Positions 41,836-53,939 of a stretch of DNA of 64,000 nt are shown here, one piece after another (position 1 is the stretch's first letter; every line of letters starts with the position of its first letter). The DNA is taken from assembly GCA_951406725.2 (NCBI GenBank), contig OX597815.1, positions 155,062,001 through 155,126,000 on the forward strand, written 5' to 3'. Both the position numbers and the translations under genes were made by a program. A model generated the notes under the pieces. That model was given only the letters and a program-made list of their open reading frames with translations, ran no database searches and was not told the DNA's origin. Origin of the DNA: Octopus vulgaris (Eukaryota).

Positions 41836-42400
41836 AGAGCAATAAGAAAATGGAGGGGATCAATAGGTGGTTCAATTTTTAGACATTATATTATGTCAAT
41901 TTATTTATTTATTTATTAAAATGACAATTACAAGAATATACATAAATGTATAACATATTATGCTTTACATATAAAATATATAAAGATACCAGTAATTATT
42001 AAAATATATAACAAACAGGAATAGAATTTGGGAAAATATCTTACAGCTGTTTCAGCCAAGAGTTAAAAATACTTCATTCTACCTTTATCCCTCCAGTAGA
42101 CTGAAGTAATTAGTAGATGAAATTGAGGTACTTGGTTGTTTCTCTAGGCTTCGTCTGAGATTTTAGAAAGTACATAAGGTTAAGTTATATATATAAATAC
42201 TTGTCATTTTAGTAAACAAATAAATAAATTGACATAATAGAATGTCTAAAAGTTGATGAACCACCTATTGATCCCCTTCATTTTCTTATTGCTCTATAAA
42301 TTAATGGTAAAATAACTCTTTACCCTCACCTATTTAGTACACTCGGTAATGTAATTGCAATGCAATAAAAAAAACTTGTGTATTAATAATTCGGTATTCT
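41836..42400 (-). mobile_element. PLE pLTR-like element with ~92-bp inverted arms enclosing an HHR
   Basis: Arm 41836-41927 is inverted at 42201-42295 ('agagcaataagaaaatggaggggatcaataggtggttca' / 'tgaaccacctattgatccccttcattttcttattgctct'). Confidence 0.65.
42033..42164 (-). ncRNA. Type I hammerhead ribozyme with ~90-nt stem II insertion (one core substitution)
   Basis: Minus: aaatct CAGACGA agcc ... ggct GAAA cagctg TA agatattt. Palindromic stem III (CAGCTG) typical of PLE HHRs. Confidence 0.6.
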
Positions 42401-42423
42401 ACCAGCAGTATATTGGATAGATA

Positions 42424-43704
42424 CGAGGGACGTTCAATAAGTAATGTTCCTGATCCACTTGCAATTGTTTGATCTAGCTGAAATTTTACATGTGCAATTA
42501 TTTATATCTCTATAGACTACGTGGCAAATTACAGCGCTGAACTCACAGTAGTTTCTGATTTACAGGTGTTTGAACAGAGTCAAGTGTGAAATGGAGCCAG
42601 TTGAGTGTCGAGCAGTGATCCGGGTTTTGTATTTGAAAGGACGCACACCACGGGAGACTTTTGATGAAATGAAAGTAACTTATGATGATGATGCCCCATC
42701 ATATGACCTTGTAAAACGCTGGCATCGTGAATTTAAGCATGGTCGGAACTCTGTGGAAACAGCTCCCAGATCTGGTCGCCCCCTTCTGTCATTGATGAGG
42801 CATCTGTCCGTCAAGTTGAGGCTGCCATTTTGGAAGATCGACGCATAACTATTCGCCAAATAGCCCATGAGGTCAAGATTAGTACCGGGTCTGTGGAAAC
42901 TATCATTCATGACCATTTGCATATGCGAAAGGTGTCTGCCAGATAGATTCCCAGGTTGCTCACACCTTTCCAGAAGCAAGAACGCGTCGAGTGCTCGAGG
43001 ATGAATTTGGAGATGTGCCAAGAAGATGAGTCAAAGTTTTTCAAATGACTGATTACACAGGATGAAACCTGGGTCCATCGCTATGATTCAGAGACCAAAG
43101 CCCAGTCAATGCAGTGGAAGCACCGTGACTCACCGCCTCCAAAGAAGGCAAGGGTGCAGCCCTCCGCTGGCAAGGTCATGCTCACAGTCTTCTGGGACCA
43201 GGACGGAGTAGTGATGACAGATTTCCTGGCAAAGGGTACCACAATTACAGGAGCCTATTATGCTTCACTTTTGAAGAAATTAAGAGAAGCTATCAAAATC
43301 AAGAGGCGGGGCAAGATCAGCAAAGGCATCCTCCTCCTGCAGGACAACGCTCTGGCGTGTCGCCAGATCAGAAGCACAGACGTGCGGCTATGAACTCCTC
43401 CCTCATCCCCCCTACTTTCCTGACCTTGCACCCTCTGATTTTCACCTCTTCCCAGCCATGAAGTTGTTTTTGAAAGGAAAGCGTTTCCCAGATGATGTAG
43501 CCTTGATTTCTGAAGTCACGTCGTGGTTGGAGGACCAAACTGGGGTATTCTACAAAAACGGTCTCCAGAGCTGCATCAAACGATGGGAGAAATGCGTAAC
43601 TCTGGTTGGTTCCTATGTAGACAAAGACTAATAACTGTGCCAAGTTTCGTTGCTCTACTTCTATGGGAAGTGGGTCAGGGGCATTACTTATTGAACGCCC
43701 CTCG
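42424..43704 (+). mobile_element. Full-length (1281 bp) mariner element with TIRs and TA target duplication
   Basis: TA|cgagggacgttcaataagtaatg ... cattacttattgaacgcccctcg|TA. Confidence 0.95.
42591..43631 (+). pseudogene. Mariner DD34D transposase pseudogene (frameshifts, stops)
   Basis: MEPVECRAVIRVLYLKG...RWHREFKHGR...PRSGRP; 'KVSAR*IPRLL' (WVPR-like); 'ITQDETWVHRYD'; 'LLQDNA'; 'HPPYFPDLAPSDFHLF'; ends 'GSYVDKD*'. Confidence 0.92.
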
Positions 43705-43802
43705 TATTATCCCGTAGTTGGTTGAATTCACAACCTCTAACATTCTTGTAAGTATGTATTTATATATATATATATGCGTGTGTGTGTGTGTGTGTGTGTG
43801 TG

Positions 43803-44104
43803 GAGAAGCAATGGCCCAGTGATTAGGGCTGCGGAATCGCGGTTGTAGGATCAGGGTTTCGATTCCCAGACCGGGCGTTGTGAGTGTTTATTGAGCGAAA
43901 ACACCTAAAGCTCCACAAGGCTCCGGCAGGAGGTGGTGGCAATTCCTGCTGTACTCTTTCGCCACAACTTTCTCTCACTTTTTCTTCTGTTGGCCTGCTC
44001 GCTTAGCCAGCGGGGTGGCGTCATTTGAAAGCTAAAACAATGCGAAGCGCATTGTGACGAGCGATGTGTAGCAACATCTGATAGTCTGGTCGGTCACGGT
44101 GATA
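43803..44104 (+). mobile_element. tRNA-derived SINE family C (near full-length)
   Basis: A-box 'tggcccagtgattagg', B-box 'ggtttcgattccc', unique body, ends in (TA)n. Confidence 0.75.
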
Positions 44105-44122
44105 TATATATAAACTTACACC

Positions 44123-44213
<91 letters not shown>

Positions 44214-44594
44214 CGCGTGCATCTTTGTGTTTGTTTTTTTGTCTGTGTATGTGCTCGTGTGTGTGTGTGTGTGTCAAAAAGCAGAATTCTGGGAAAAGTT
44301 TCTGCATATAATGTGCTGTAAGGTGATATCAGAGTAGGAAGGGAACATTCGATGTTTCGGACAGCATGGAGAAATAGGCTCTTCATACGTAGACGAATGC
44401 AGCTCAGAAAAAGAATATGTTTTAAAGAGAAAGAAAACATGAAACAAAGCAACACCGGTTGCGAAAGGAGGACAAAATTAAGAAGTAGGGAGAGGATAAT
44501 AACAGAAACTTGTACGGCGCTCTTTCCCCTTTAGATCACTATATATTTCTGACTAATATTATGACATTGCTTACGGTAGAATCCTTATTTGCTG

Positions 44595-44775
44595 GGAACA
44601 ATGCTTAGCGGCATTTCTTCGGAATTTATATTCCGAGTACGTGTGCCTACGGGTTCGACTTCGCCTTTTATCTTTCTGCGGTCGATAAAATAATTAGCGA
44701 GTGAACGCTGGGGTGAATGTACTCGACTACACCTCCCCGCAAATTGCTGGTCGTATGCTAAAAATTGAAATAAAT
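44595..44775 (+). mobile_element. SINE family B (degraded)
   Basis: 'atgcttagcggcatttc...tcgacttcgcctttt.tctttctgcggtcgataaaa'. Confidence 0.65.
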
Positions 44776-44808
44776 ATTATAATATGGCATATCTCACTCT
44801 AAAAGCGG

Positions 44809-45600
44809 ATCTCTATGACCCCAGTATAATTCTCTATGTGTGTATCTTTCTCTTATTGTAGTTATTGTTGTTGGATAACGCATGTTTCCTACACCGCAGT
44901 ATCTGTGTTGAATTGACCATTTGCTAAGCACTAACTGTCCATCTACATGAGCATCGTACCTCTGTGATACTAGTCGCACAGCTGAACGAAACCGTCAATT
45001 TATGCATATTGAATAATTTCCTATATCTAACATCTTGTGTAAAAGGCTTATTCCAAAATCTAAGGAAGAAGCTTCCACACAGGTTTTTATGTGGTGCTAG
45101 AAAGGTATGGCGAATCAAAGGACTTTATGGAGACACTTTTACTTATGGGTGTAGGCGCCAGGGGTACAGTTGATGCAGTCCGTAAACGCTGGCTGCGGGA
45201 GCCTTCTTGTAGTTGTGGTCTGCAGAATCAAAAACATCTTTATTGAAGGATAGAGTCAAAATCTTCCAATTTATACCTCTTATAAAGTTTTTTAAAGACT
45301 ACATGTGGGTGACACAAAGTTGTGTTGATGTAAGACAACTGCAATAGGACCCGTATGAACTGGCTCCAAAATCGAGTGTTACAACTGAAAAATTTGCTCT
45401 CAACAGCATCACCTATACGCCTGGCGCTTACACCCACAAGTGAAAGCGTCATCATAAAGTCTTGTGGAATTGAGAGTCTAAATCAAGTCTTCTCCGATCC
45501 TACTCAGAGTGTGCCTATTTGTGCCTCTAGAGGTGGCAAAAGCGTCGTCGCACTATTGTCCAAAGCCGGTTGATGGGTATTTCTTACTTAGAGTACCTAG
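44809..45600 (-). mobile_element. Naiad-like PLE remnant, inverted 5' part (RT C-terminus, thumb, linker)
   Basis: Minus 'RLYDDAF' (YxDD-like), 'YINTTLCHPHVVFKKL' (cf. YIHTSSNHPPCII) and 'FTQDVRYRKLFNMHKLTVSFS' (cf. FPPTHKYRSIFSNKTIRISYS of the 52653 ORF). Confidence 0.65.
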
Positions 45601-45613
45601 TATAAATAGGAGT

Positions 45614-46340
45614 CTGGGGTCATAGATATCTCTGTTATTGAATGTTCGATCGCCACGCAAAAAGCACTTTGTGGATCAGTTCAGTTAACCAGTTCAAAAA
45701 TGGGTGCCAAGTGAATAGCCAATTCACCACAGAAGCCATGGTCTACGAAGTAGAGATAGCAATATCGAACAACAACAACGGACGGTTACACAGAGGCACA
45801 CACACACAGAAACAACGGAGGGACAACGTAGAGTTTAATTCCGGTCTAAATAATCAGACCCATTTTTAGAATGAAACAGAAGTGCCCTGTTACAATATTA
45901 GGCTTTGATTAAACGTGGAAGATACACCGTCCAAAATCAACTCGAAACTGCTGGAACAGTTTGCGCCTTATTTGAATGGAAGTAGGCAGTGTAAGCTTTG
46001 CTAGTCCGACAGAGGAATTCTTCACAAAATTTCGCTTGATCCGGGTGACTTCCTGAACCTAAAAATGCGAAATATTTCTTGACTGCCCCTATGAAAGGAA
46101 ATTTGTTTTGGCAACGTTGTCATTCCCTTTTTCGAACTAGAACGAAAGACATGTACCCGCATACAGCTTATGTCCTTCGACTCCAACGGACACCGTCTCA
46201 TGGGAGGCAACTTTTCTTTCCCTCCCGGAAAATGTCAGAGCCTTTCCTTATTTTTCCCTAGCCAGTACGTCTGAAGAGTCGTCAATATTGTTAAGTGCAA
46301 TAGTCGGCGCAAAACTGTCGGTAATGCCTTGCTCAGATAT
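45614..46340 (+). mobile_element. Naiad-like PLE remnant, 3' part (GIY-YIG plus HHR-like tail)
   Basis: 'GCQVNSQFTTEAMVYEVEI' (cf. ECPLQGACRAKNVIYSCEV) and 'APYLNGSRQCKLC*S' (cf. APYLNNRAGCQLCC). Confidence 0.7.
46266..46328 (+). ncRNA. Degenerate hammerhead motif at PLE 3' end
   Basis: cgt CTGAAGA gtcg...cggc GCAAAA ctgtcgg TA atg; position matches the HHR of the 52630 element. Confidence 0.45.
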
Positions 46341-48749
46341 ATATGCCACAAGCAGGAAAATTACTGATTGACCGTTTGATAATATAACAGCCATTTTGTT
46401 TTTGGAGTGGCTTTTTTCTCACTAATGGGCATCTAACTGATTATATATCTAATTATATATTTGTGTGTGCGCGTGTGTGTGTGTTTGTGAGTGTGTGTAA
46501 TTTTTCTTCAATATTGTATTTCAGTATCATTTCAGAATTCTTTTTCTGTTATTTCTTCAGATATCTGATACATATTTTACTGTTTTGTTTCTTGCAAACA
46601 CTTTATTTACTAATGATGCATTTGTTTTCTTTTGCTGTTTTCGTTCGCGGCTTGCTTATTTTTTCCCTCATATATTCCTGCATCTAATGACAGGATGTTC
46701 TTACGAGGATAACAGTTCGGCTAGCTTCATGAATGTTTATGCTCTAGAGTTGAGGACATTGATGTCCGTTGAGATTACATAGTTCAAGATACCAATTTGT
46801 ATGACTGAAGTATACATTCATTTTTGACTAATCACTTGTCTAGTTAAAATTGTTGAAATTTGCTTAAATATCGTTCGTTCCGTCTGCTCATAATTTCCTA
46901 AATATGTATATTGATCGTAATTAGAATAACGGTCTGTTCTGATCACAATTTAATTCTATCTATAATTCTACTTCCACGATTTATAACATGGTTATTTGTT
47001 ACATAACTCTTTAAGTTTGTTGGTGCCGCTAAATGTACATTTAATTGAGTTATGTGATAGTTGTATCTGACAGAGTTCATATCCACGGCAGTTAACTGTG
47101 AATAGCTCAGTACATCTAGATGTAAATAGATAACAAACGTTTGAGATTGTGCTAAGGTAATCAGTAGAAGTGAGAAATAATTCAGCTTTCGTTTCTTTAT
47201 GCTCTAGGATATTGTTCTCATGATAATAAACGCTCGAACACCTGATAAAGAAACCAGTTAATCTTTTTTACGCTATAGATATGTTTATGTTTAACCGTTC
47301 GTCACTGTGAATCTGTTTCAAATGGCAGTTGTAACCTGAGTCAAATAAATACAAAACAGGAAATCTAACAGATTTGCTGTAGAAAGAATAGAACTAGAGA
47401 CACATTTAGAATCAAATATGGTAGTTTGGTCGGTAGGAATCGTGTAGTATAAAGAGAAAAGGATAGAACGATTCTACAAAGTTGACTAGTATTTTATCAA
47501 GGAGCTAGGTTTGATTTCAGCTTCAGAAGATGGAATTTTCGGGCAGTGTGTAACAAAAAAGTCATTGAATTAAAAAAGTAAGTGTCAACGCTTAATATGA
47601 CTCGATTGACAAGTAAACATGAGATCAATGTTTATTTATATTTGCTCAAGGCACGAAGGAGGCCAACACCACAGCTCAAATAATTAAAATGGGATAACAA
47701 CACGTAAATTTCAATTGATTTAATTTAGAAATAGCCATGCGATTCGTAGGAAAACATTAGCACAACGAATAATATAAATTTAATATAATTTTAACTTGTT
47801 TGTTCGCAAGTTACCTTTGCAAATGGTTCTGATACTGTTGTTATTGTTATAAACGTTCATAGTGTGGTTATGAAGTTTGCTTTCCAACGACGTGGTTTTG
47901 TGTTCAAATCCATTATACGGTACTTTCAGTAAATTTTTTCTACCACAGTCTGTGATCGACAAAACTTTTGTGAATTAAATTCGGTTGCAAGACATTGTAT
48001 ATAATCCCGTCAGAGTTAAGATCTAAACATCATTTTAATGTATTTTCTCCGAAATTTTGGTTTCAATGATCATTATCAAAATGGACTTCTCTCTATTCGC
48101 TGAGCAGTAGAAGCTAACGTAACACTACTTTAAAATATGTCTTGAAAACATGAAGTGGAATGCTCAAAAAATCAAGAATTGTACAAAAGATTTAAGGCAA
48201 AATTCAAAAAGTTTAACAGGTAAAATAATGACACTTCTTTAGACAATTACATTTGTGATAAATTCTAACGCCATGATGGAATTCATAATATTTTTCTATA
48301 AACGAAAATAATCCTGAAATTTTTAAAGTCAGCAATAAATATACAAAGTTAGTATTACTGGAGGTACCAGTAATAGAAGAATTTTGAATATGGGCTATGT
48401 AGTTGAAATATCAACTGTTTGTTTGCAGAAGCGCAAGAGCCGCGGTAAGTGACGTTATTTGTGCATTTTCAAAGTTACAGGTATTTTCTTTATGCCTTGA
48501 AAAAATGAGCTGAAGAAAAGTCTGGCTGATACAAGATAACAAGATTTGCCCTATCAGACAAGTGAGGTAATATAAACCTATATGCTGACGATGGAGCAAT
48601 ATAGTAAGCTGACTAAAAACTATTTTCCCACTATGTGAGGCGAAAATGTGAGTCATGGTGAAATAGTCCAGAGATAATTGTTTTTAGAATGCAATATATG
48701 GCGAGTGTTTACGTAGCTATATACAATATATTAAGTTTAATTAAGTTCT

Positions 48750-48992
48750 TTCTCCAGTCATACTAACTTATAGGGGCCAGCTTCCGGTTTCCATTGCGTG
48801 TATTATTCCCCACCTGGACATGATGCCTGTCCGTCGCAGGATTACCCATTTTTGTCTGCTGAGTGGACTGGAGCAACGTGAAATGAAGTCTTTTTGCTCA
48901 AGGACGCAATACATCGCTCGGTCCTGGAATCAAAACCACAATATTACGATCATAAGTCGAACGCCGTAACCGCTAAGCCATGCGTCTCCACT
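48750..48992 (-). mobile_element. SINE family D
   Basis: 'ccgtcgcaggattacccatttttg...gagtggactggagcaacgtgaaatgaag...tgctcaagga...ccgctaagccatgcgtctcc' (tRNA-like head on minus strand). Confidence 0.8.
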
Positions 48993-50734
48993 ATATACAA
49001 TATGTAGGTGTGTTATATGTATAAAGTTTTCCGCGTCCGCCCTAATTACATCTGAAAATCACAAAATGATTATGGAATTGTTCTCCGTAGCGAGTATATC
49101 GTAGAAACCCAAACTGCGCTTCATGTTAAAGTAAGAAGCATATAAGATGTTCCTGCTAAAACAGCCCAGAGAAGTTAAAACGAAATGATCAGCGCAGTTG
49201 GCGACAGCAAATACCGAGGAAATCGTCTCGCTTTCGATCCCAAACCTCTATAAAGAAGTGAGGACCAAGCATGCCTTTCTCGCAGTAGTGTTATCCTATC
49301 GTATTGCGAAAATAAGGATACAATTGAGACTGAAGAATAGTGTCCAGGCCGGGGAGACATCCAGTAAAATGGAAATATGAAATAAATGAAACTCCCAAGC
49401 AAAAGACGTACAAGACTCAAGAAAAGAAGTCTACTTTCATGGAAGCTCTCAACTTTACGTTGGTCTCAAACAGCAACGATTAGCTGTAAATCTATTTTAT
49501 AACCTTGATGATAAAGACTCACGTAGCATGTTCCCCACACGCAAAACAAGTGAATAGCATCAGATTTCTCAAAAAGATGTGAACTTGGTATATTCCCAGC
49601 TTTGAGTTTCGTTAATACTTTACCTTTTGTCTTCCGCTTTACATGTTTCCCACTTTCGTTTTATCCCTAATTTGTGTCTCATTAAACGTTGAAATAATCT
49701 TTTTCCTTCCCTGTGATATATTCCACCCCCCCATGAAGTGAAACTTGTTTTCATCTTCACAATTATTCCTTTTCTTTTGATAATTTCTTGGTCTTTCTGA
49801 TATTTTTTGGTCAAATGTCTTTTTAATGTAGCCATGAGTTTCATCCTTCAGCTTTGAAGAGCACTTCCAGCTCCAGCTGTGATAGCCATTTTCTTTTCAT
49901 GATTTCATTTTTCTGTTACAGAAGGGAACACGTTTGTCCCTATCTATATTTAATGCACTCTTTCTTTGCATCCTATATTTCCAGGCTAGCTCTTGATGTA
50001 ATATTCCACCATCATTACCACCACCACCACCACCACCATGATCATCATCATTATCACCATCGTTACTATCGTCGTCGTCGTCGCATTTAAAGACATGCTT
50101 TCTTTATCACTCCAGGATGTTGGATTCTAACAAGTTGAAAACGAACGAAGGAAGAGTTTTAGCTTTATTTTCATTGATGGATATTTTGAACATTGAAAGT
50201 TTGCCAATACATGATTTGTATTGATTAAATTTCACCTTTCTTTTCTATCTTGTTTATTATGTACACTCATGAAACGACAGCGTGTAAGTCCCTTTAAAAC
50301 AATTCGTTGAACGTGATCGTATTTACATAGAATCAAATAGAAACATTTTGCAGCAAAATTCACTCATTTTGAAAGAAAGAATGTTGATAAATGTGTAGAT
50401 CATAACCGATGACTTTCGCCCTAACCATATATATTGGTAAAAAGAACAACAATGCAATATTTGAACACACCGTTTAAACACACACACATAATTACAAGCT
50501 ACAAACGCGCACGCGCGCACACACACATATATACACACAAATAAGCTGAAAACAATGATCAAAATTTGATCAGAGAACAATTTAGGATTTTCTGTTTGAT
50601 TAGTTTTATGTTGCTCTTGATGTTGAATATTGTGAAGTAATAGCTAGTAGCCCATCTATAAATTCAAATCTCAAATATTATTCAGCCCGGATTTCGGCAA
50701 CTGAGGGATGACACTCCGTTTTAGAGCATTGGAT

Positions 50735-50940
50735 CAGCTGAGTCGTTAGCGCGTCGGAAAAATGTCTTGCAGATTTTGTTCTGATTATTTATATTCTGAG
50801 TTTAAATCCTACTAAGGTCAGCTTTCAATTTTATCACTCAGCGCTCGATAAAGTAAAAAGACCTGTCAAGTACTGAGGTCGTTTGCATCGATTAAGTTCC
50901 TCTTCCCAAAACTCCTGGCCTTGTGCCTCAATTAGAAATC
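50735..50940 (+). mobile_element. SINE family B (degraded)
   Basis: 'ctgagtttaaatcctactaaggtcagcttt...tcgataaagt...ctggccttgtgcc'. Confidence 0.65.
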
Positions 50941-51429
50941 TTTATTGATCTGTCCGAGAAGCTTCATAGAAATGTGATTCCCACAAGCTGAGTTTGCTTT
51001 GGTAACAAAAAAAAGAATATTCCTATTTTATAGACATCTTACTTCAACAATATTTCTGTGAAGGAAGGAGGGAAAGTTGTCTGTTAGAAATAATAGCCAA
51101 ATCAACCTCACACCAATCCGTTCCTTCTTTTAAAATGTAAACAAACAAAATGACAGGACGTTTGCAATAATGCATTTCTTAGAGAAATTTTGGCTAAAAA
51201 ATATGATTTGTAGGAGAAGCGGTTTTGATCAAAGATTTGTCTGATCGATCAGAGCCGACTTAGAACTAAACAACAGTTACTGCTACCACCACCACAACAA
51301 CAGCAAATACAACAACAGCACTTGTTTCCGTTTTGTGGAATGGCAAGAATATCGCATAATGTAATTCCTGGTTAACTGCCATGATTTTGGAGATCAGTAA
51401 CTTTGTTAGGTATAAAGTACCATGCAGCT

Positions 51430-51439
51430 GTAGTAGCAT

Positions 51440-51517
<78 letters not shown>

Positions 51518-51527
51518 CAGCAGCAGC

Positions 51528-51559
<32 letters not shown>

Positions 51560-51563
51560 CAGC

Positions 51564-51601
<38 letters not shown>

Positions 51602-51690
51602 CAGCAGCAGCAGTAGGAGTAGTAGTAGTAGTAGTAGTTTCAGCAGCAGTAGTAGTAGTATTTGTTGTTGTTGTTGTCGTTGTTGTTGAC
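51430..51690. repeat. (GTA)n/(GCA)n/(TTG)n trinucleotide array
   Basis: Directly visible. Confidence 0.95.
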
Positions 51691-51919
51691 AGTAGTGGTG
51701 GTATGGTGTTTAATCCGAGGCCAGACCTCAAAGAAGACCTATCATCAAATGATTCATAGCTATGACCTCCATTCTTGTACTTTTTCTAGATTTCATCACA
51801 CAATGCGTCTTTCGATTTTTAACTCAGCAGGGTCAGGTCAATTGGCGAAAACTTGGCTTCTACTTTTAGTAGGTGTGCTGAACAAATAGAGACACCAACA
51901 CTAGTCCAAAATATTGCCT

Positions 51920-52125
51920 TCAAATTATTGGCACTAGGCCAGAAAATTCGGGAGACGAGATAAGTCGATTACATCGAACCTAGTACTCAAGTTGTACGCA
52001 TTTTATCGACTCCGAAAAGACAAAAGGTAAAGTCGACCTTGGCGGAATTTGAACTCAAAATGTAAAAGTGGACGAAATCTCGCCAAACAGTTTGTCCGTA
52101 AAGATTCTGCAAGGTTGCCGCCTTA
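51920..52125 (-). mobile_element. SINE family B
   Basis: 'taagtcgattacatcga...ggtaaagtcgaccttggcggaatttgaactc'. Confidence 0.8.
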
Positions 52126-52631
52126 TATTACTCGTTGTTATGCACTTGTTTATCCCCCGCAAAAAATTGACCCCATACAACTGAAAATGAAAAGGCATTA
52201 CAAACTTACCTATCATGTTTGCTCAAGGACATTGCGGATAATATTACATAATGCTGCCTTACCCTTCTTTAAAGATGGTTGATATAGTTGTTAATTGAAC
52301 CGAGTCGATTGAGAACGAAAACACCTCATTATTGATTTATTGTTTCAGCTCCAGTCCCGTCCTAATCGAACAAATTAATATTAAAGAAACGTACTATCGG
52401 CGACGATCTTATATCTTTTCTGAGTTTATCTGGTTCTATATTATCCAATATATTCTGCCATTTTTATGAAGATGTTGTGTTATATGAAGGAGATTTGGTT
52501 CCTTCTTTGCCTTCTTCCTTGGCTCAATGAAATTATATTTTACAGACACACACATAGATAGATGTACTATACATGTACAATATATATAGACAGATATCCA
52601 TATATATGCACAGACACATACAGACACACAC

Positions 52632-53939
52632 TTCTTAGATGTTACGTTAGATTTGAATAAGTACCTTCACTACTCGTATAGGAAACCAGAAGAAACTACC
52701 AAATACATCCATACCTCTTCCAACCATCCACCCTGTATAATTAGCACCACGGTCCAAGCCATCTCAGACAGACTGACAAAACTATCCTCTAATAGAGAAA
52801 TTTTCAATAATCATGCACAACACTACAACCAGGCTCTCTATAGTGCCGGGTATAACCAGAGAATATCATATGTAGACCACCCGGGAACGTCCGTCGGCCA
52901 TAAGACTCCCAATTATAATCGCACTCAGCACTCAACTCACACTAGCGATAATTCTAATTTAAACTCCAAACAACGTATAGGAAATAGGCGAACTAATAGA
53001 ACAGCACACAATAGTAACCCTCCCGACGAGAACAATATAGATCCTATTAGGAGAAATAGAAGGGATAATAATAGATTACGCAAATATATATGGTTCAACA
53101 TACCTTTCAACTTAGCAGTTAGGGGTAAGTTATGTAAGAGAATATTCTCTATAATTTCCAACAACTTCCCACCCACCCACAAGTATAGAAGTATCTTCTC
53201 CAACAAAACTATTAGGATTTCCTACTCTACCCTGCCCAACATGAGCTGCCTCATAGCTAAACATAACTATATTAATATTAGAACAGCTAGATCAAGAGCA
53301 AACCATAGCGACCAACAGAACCCCCCTCATCTAGACAGTAGACAATATAACCAGACTGACAGCCATACTACCCAAACAGTTAGTAATAACACCCGCCAAC
53401 ACAACAGAGGAAATACTACACCCATCAACAACCAGGAGGATACCAACGCCCCCACTCGTATTGCAACACCTCCGCCTGGGATTAGCAGCACACGACCGAA
53501 TAATGCAATGCAATGCAACTGCAGATGTGCATCAGAGTGCCCGCTGCAGGGCGCATGTAGGGCGAAAAACGTAATATACTCATGTGAGGTGAGTACTCAG
53601 TTTAACACACTCACCTATATTGGTTGCTCAACCTCCTGGAAATCCAGATACTACAACCACCGGTCCTCGCTGAGACACAGACATAAGGCTAACAGCACCT
53701 CCCTCTCCAAAAGAATTTGGGAATTAAAAGACAAATGCATAGGCTTCAAACTCAGATGGTCCATCATCGGATCAGCTGCACCTTATTTAAATAATAGAGC
53801 AGGATGCCAACTATGTTGTGTAGAACTCCTGAACATCTTGAAATTCAAAGACAAACACAATCTTATTAACAAAAGGTCAGAGTTCAAACCATCCTGTATA
53901 CATAAACTTATTAATACTTTCAAATACTACAATGCCTAG
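52632..53939 (+). CDS. C-terminal part of PLE polyprotein: RT end/thumb, linker, GIY-YIG endonuclease (uninterrupted; lacks N-terminus and start codon)
   Basis: FLDVTLDLNKYLHYSYRKP..YIHTSSNHPP; IWFNIPFN; CNC..CPLQGAC; VIY..YIG (GIY-YIG); KSRYYNH..S; STSLSKRIWELK; CQLCCVE; LINKRSE...CIH. Confidence 0.88.
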   Translation, partial: FLDVTLDLNKYLHYSYRKPEETTKYIHTSSNHPPCIISTTVQAISDRLTKLSSNREIFNNHAQHYNQALYSAGYNQRISYVDHPGTSVGHKTPNYNRTQHSTHTSDNSNLNSKQRIGNRRTNRTAHNSNPPDENNIDPIRRNRRDNNRLRKYIWFNIPFNLAVRGKLCKRIFSIISNNFPPTHKYRSIFSNKTIRISYSTLPNMSCLIAKHNYINIRTARSRANHSDQQNPPHLDSRQYNQTDSHTTQTVSNNTRQHNRGNTTPINNQEDTNAPTRIATPPPGISSTRPNNAMQCNCRCASECPLQGACRAKNVIYSCEVSTQFNTLTYIGCSTSWKSRYYNHRSSLRHRHKANSTSLSKRIWELKDKCIGFKLRWSIIGSAAPYLNNRAGCQLCCVELLNILKFKDKHNLINKRSEFKPSCIHKLINTFKYYNA

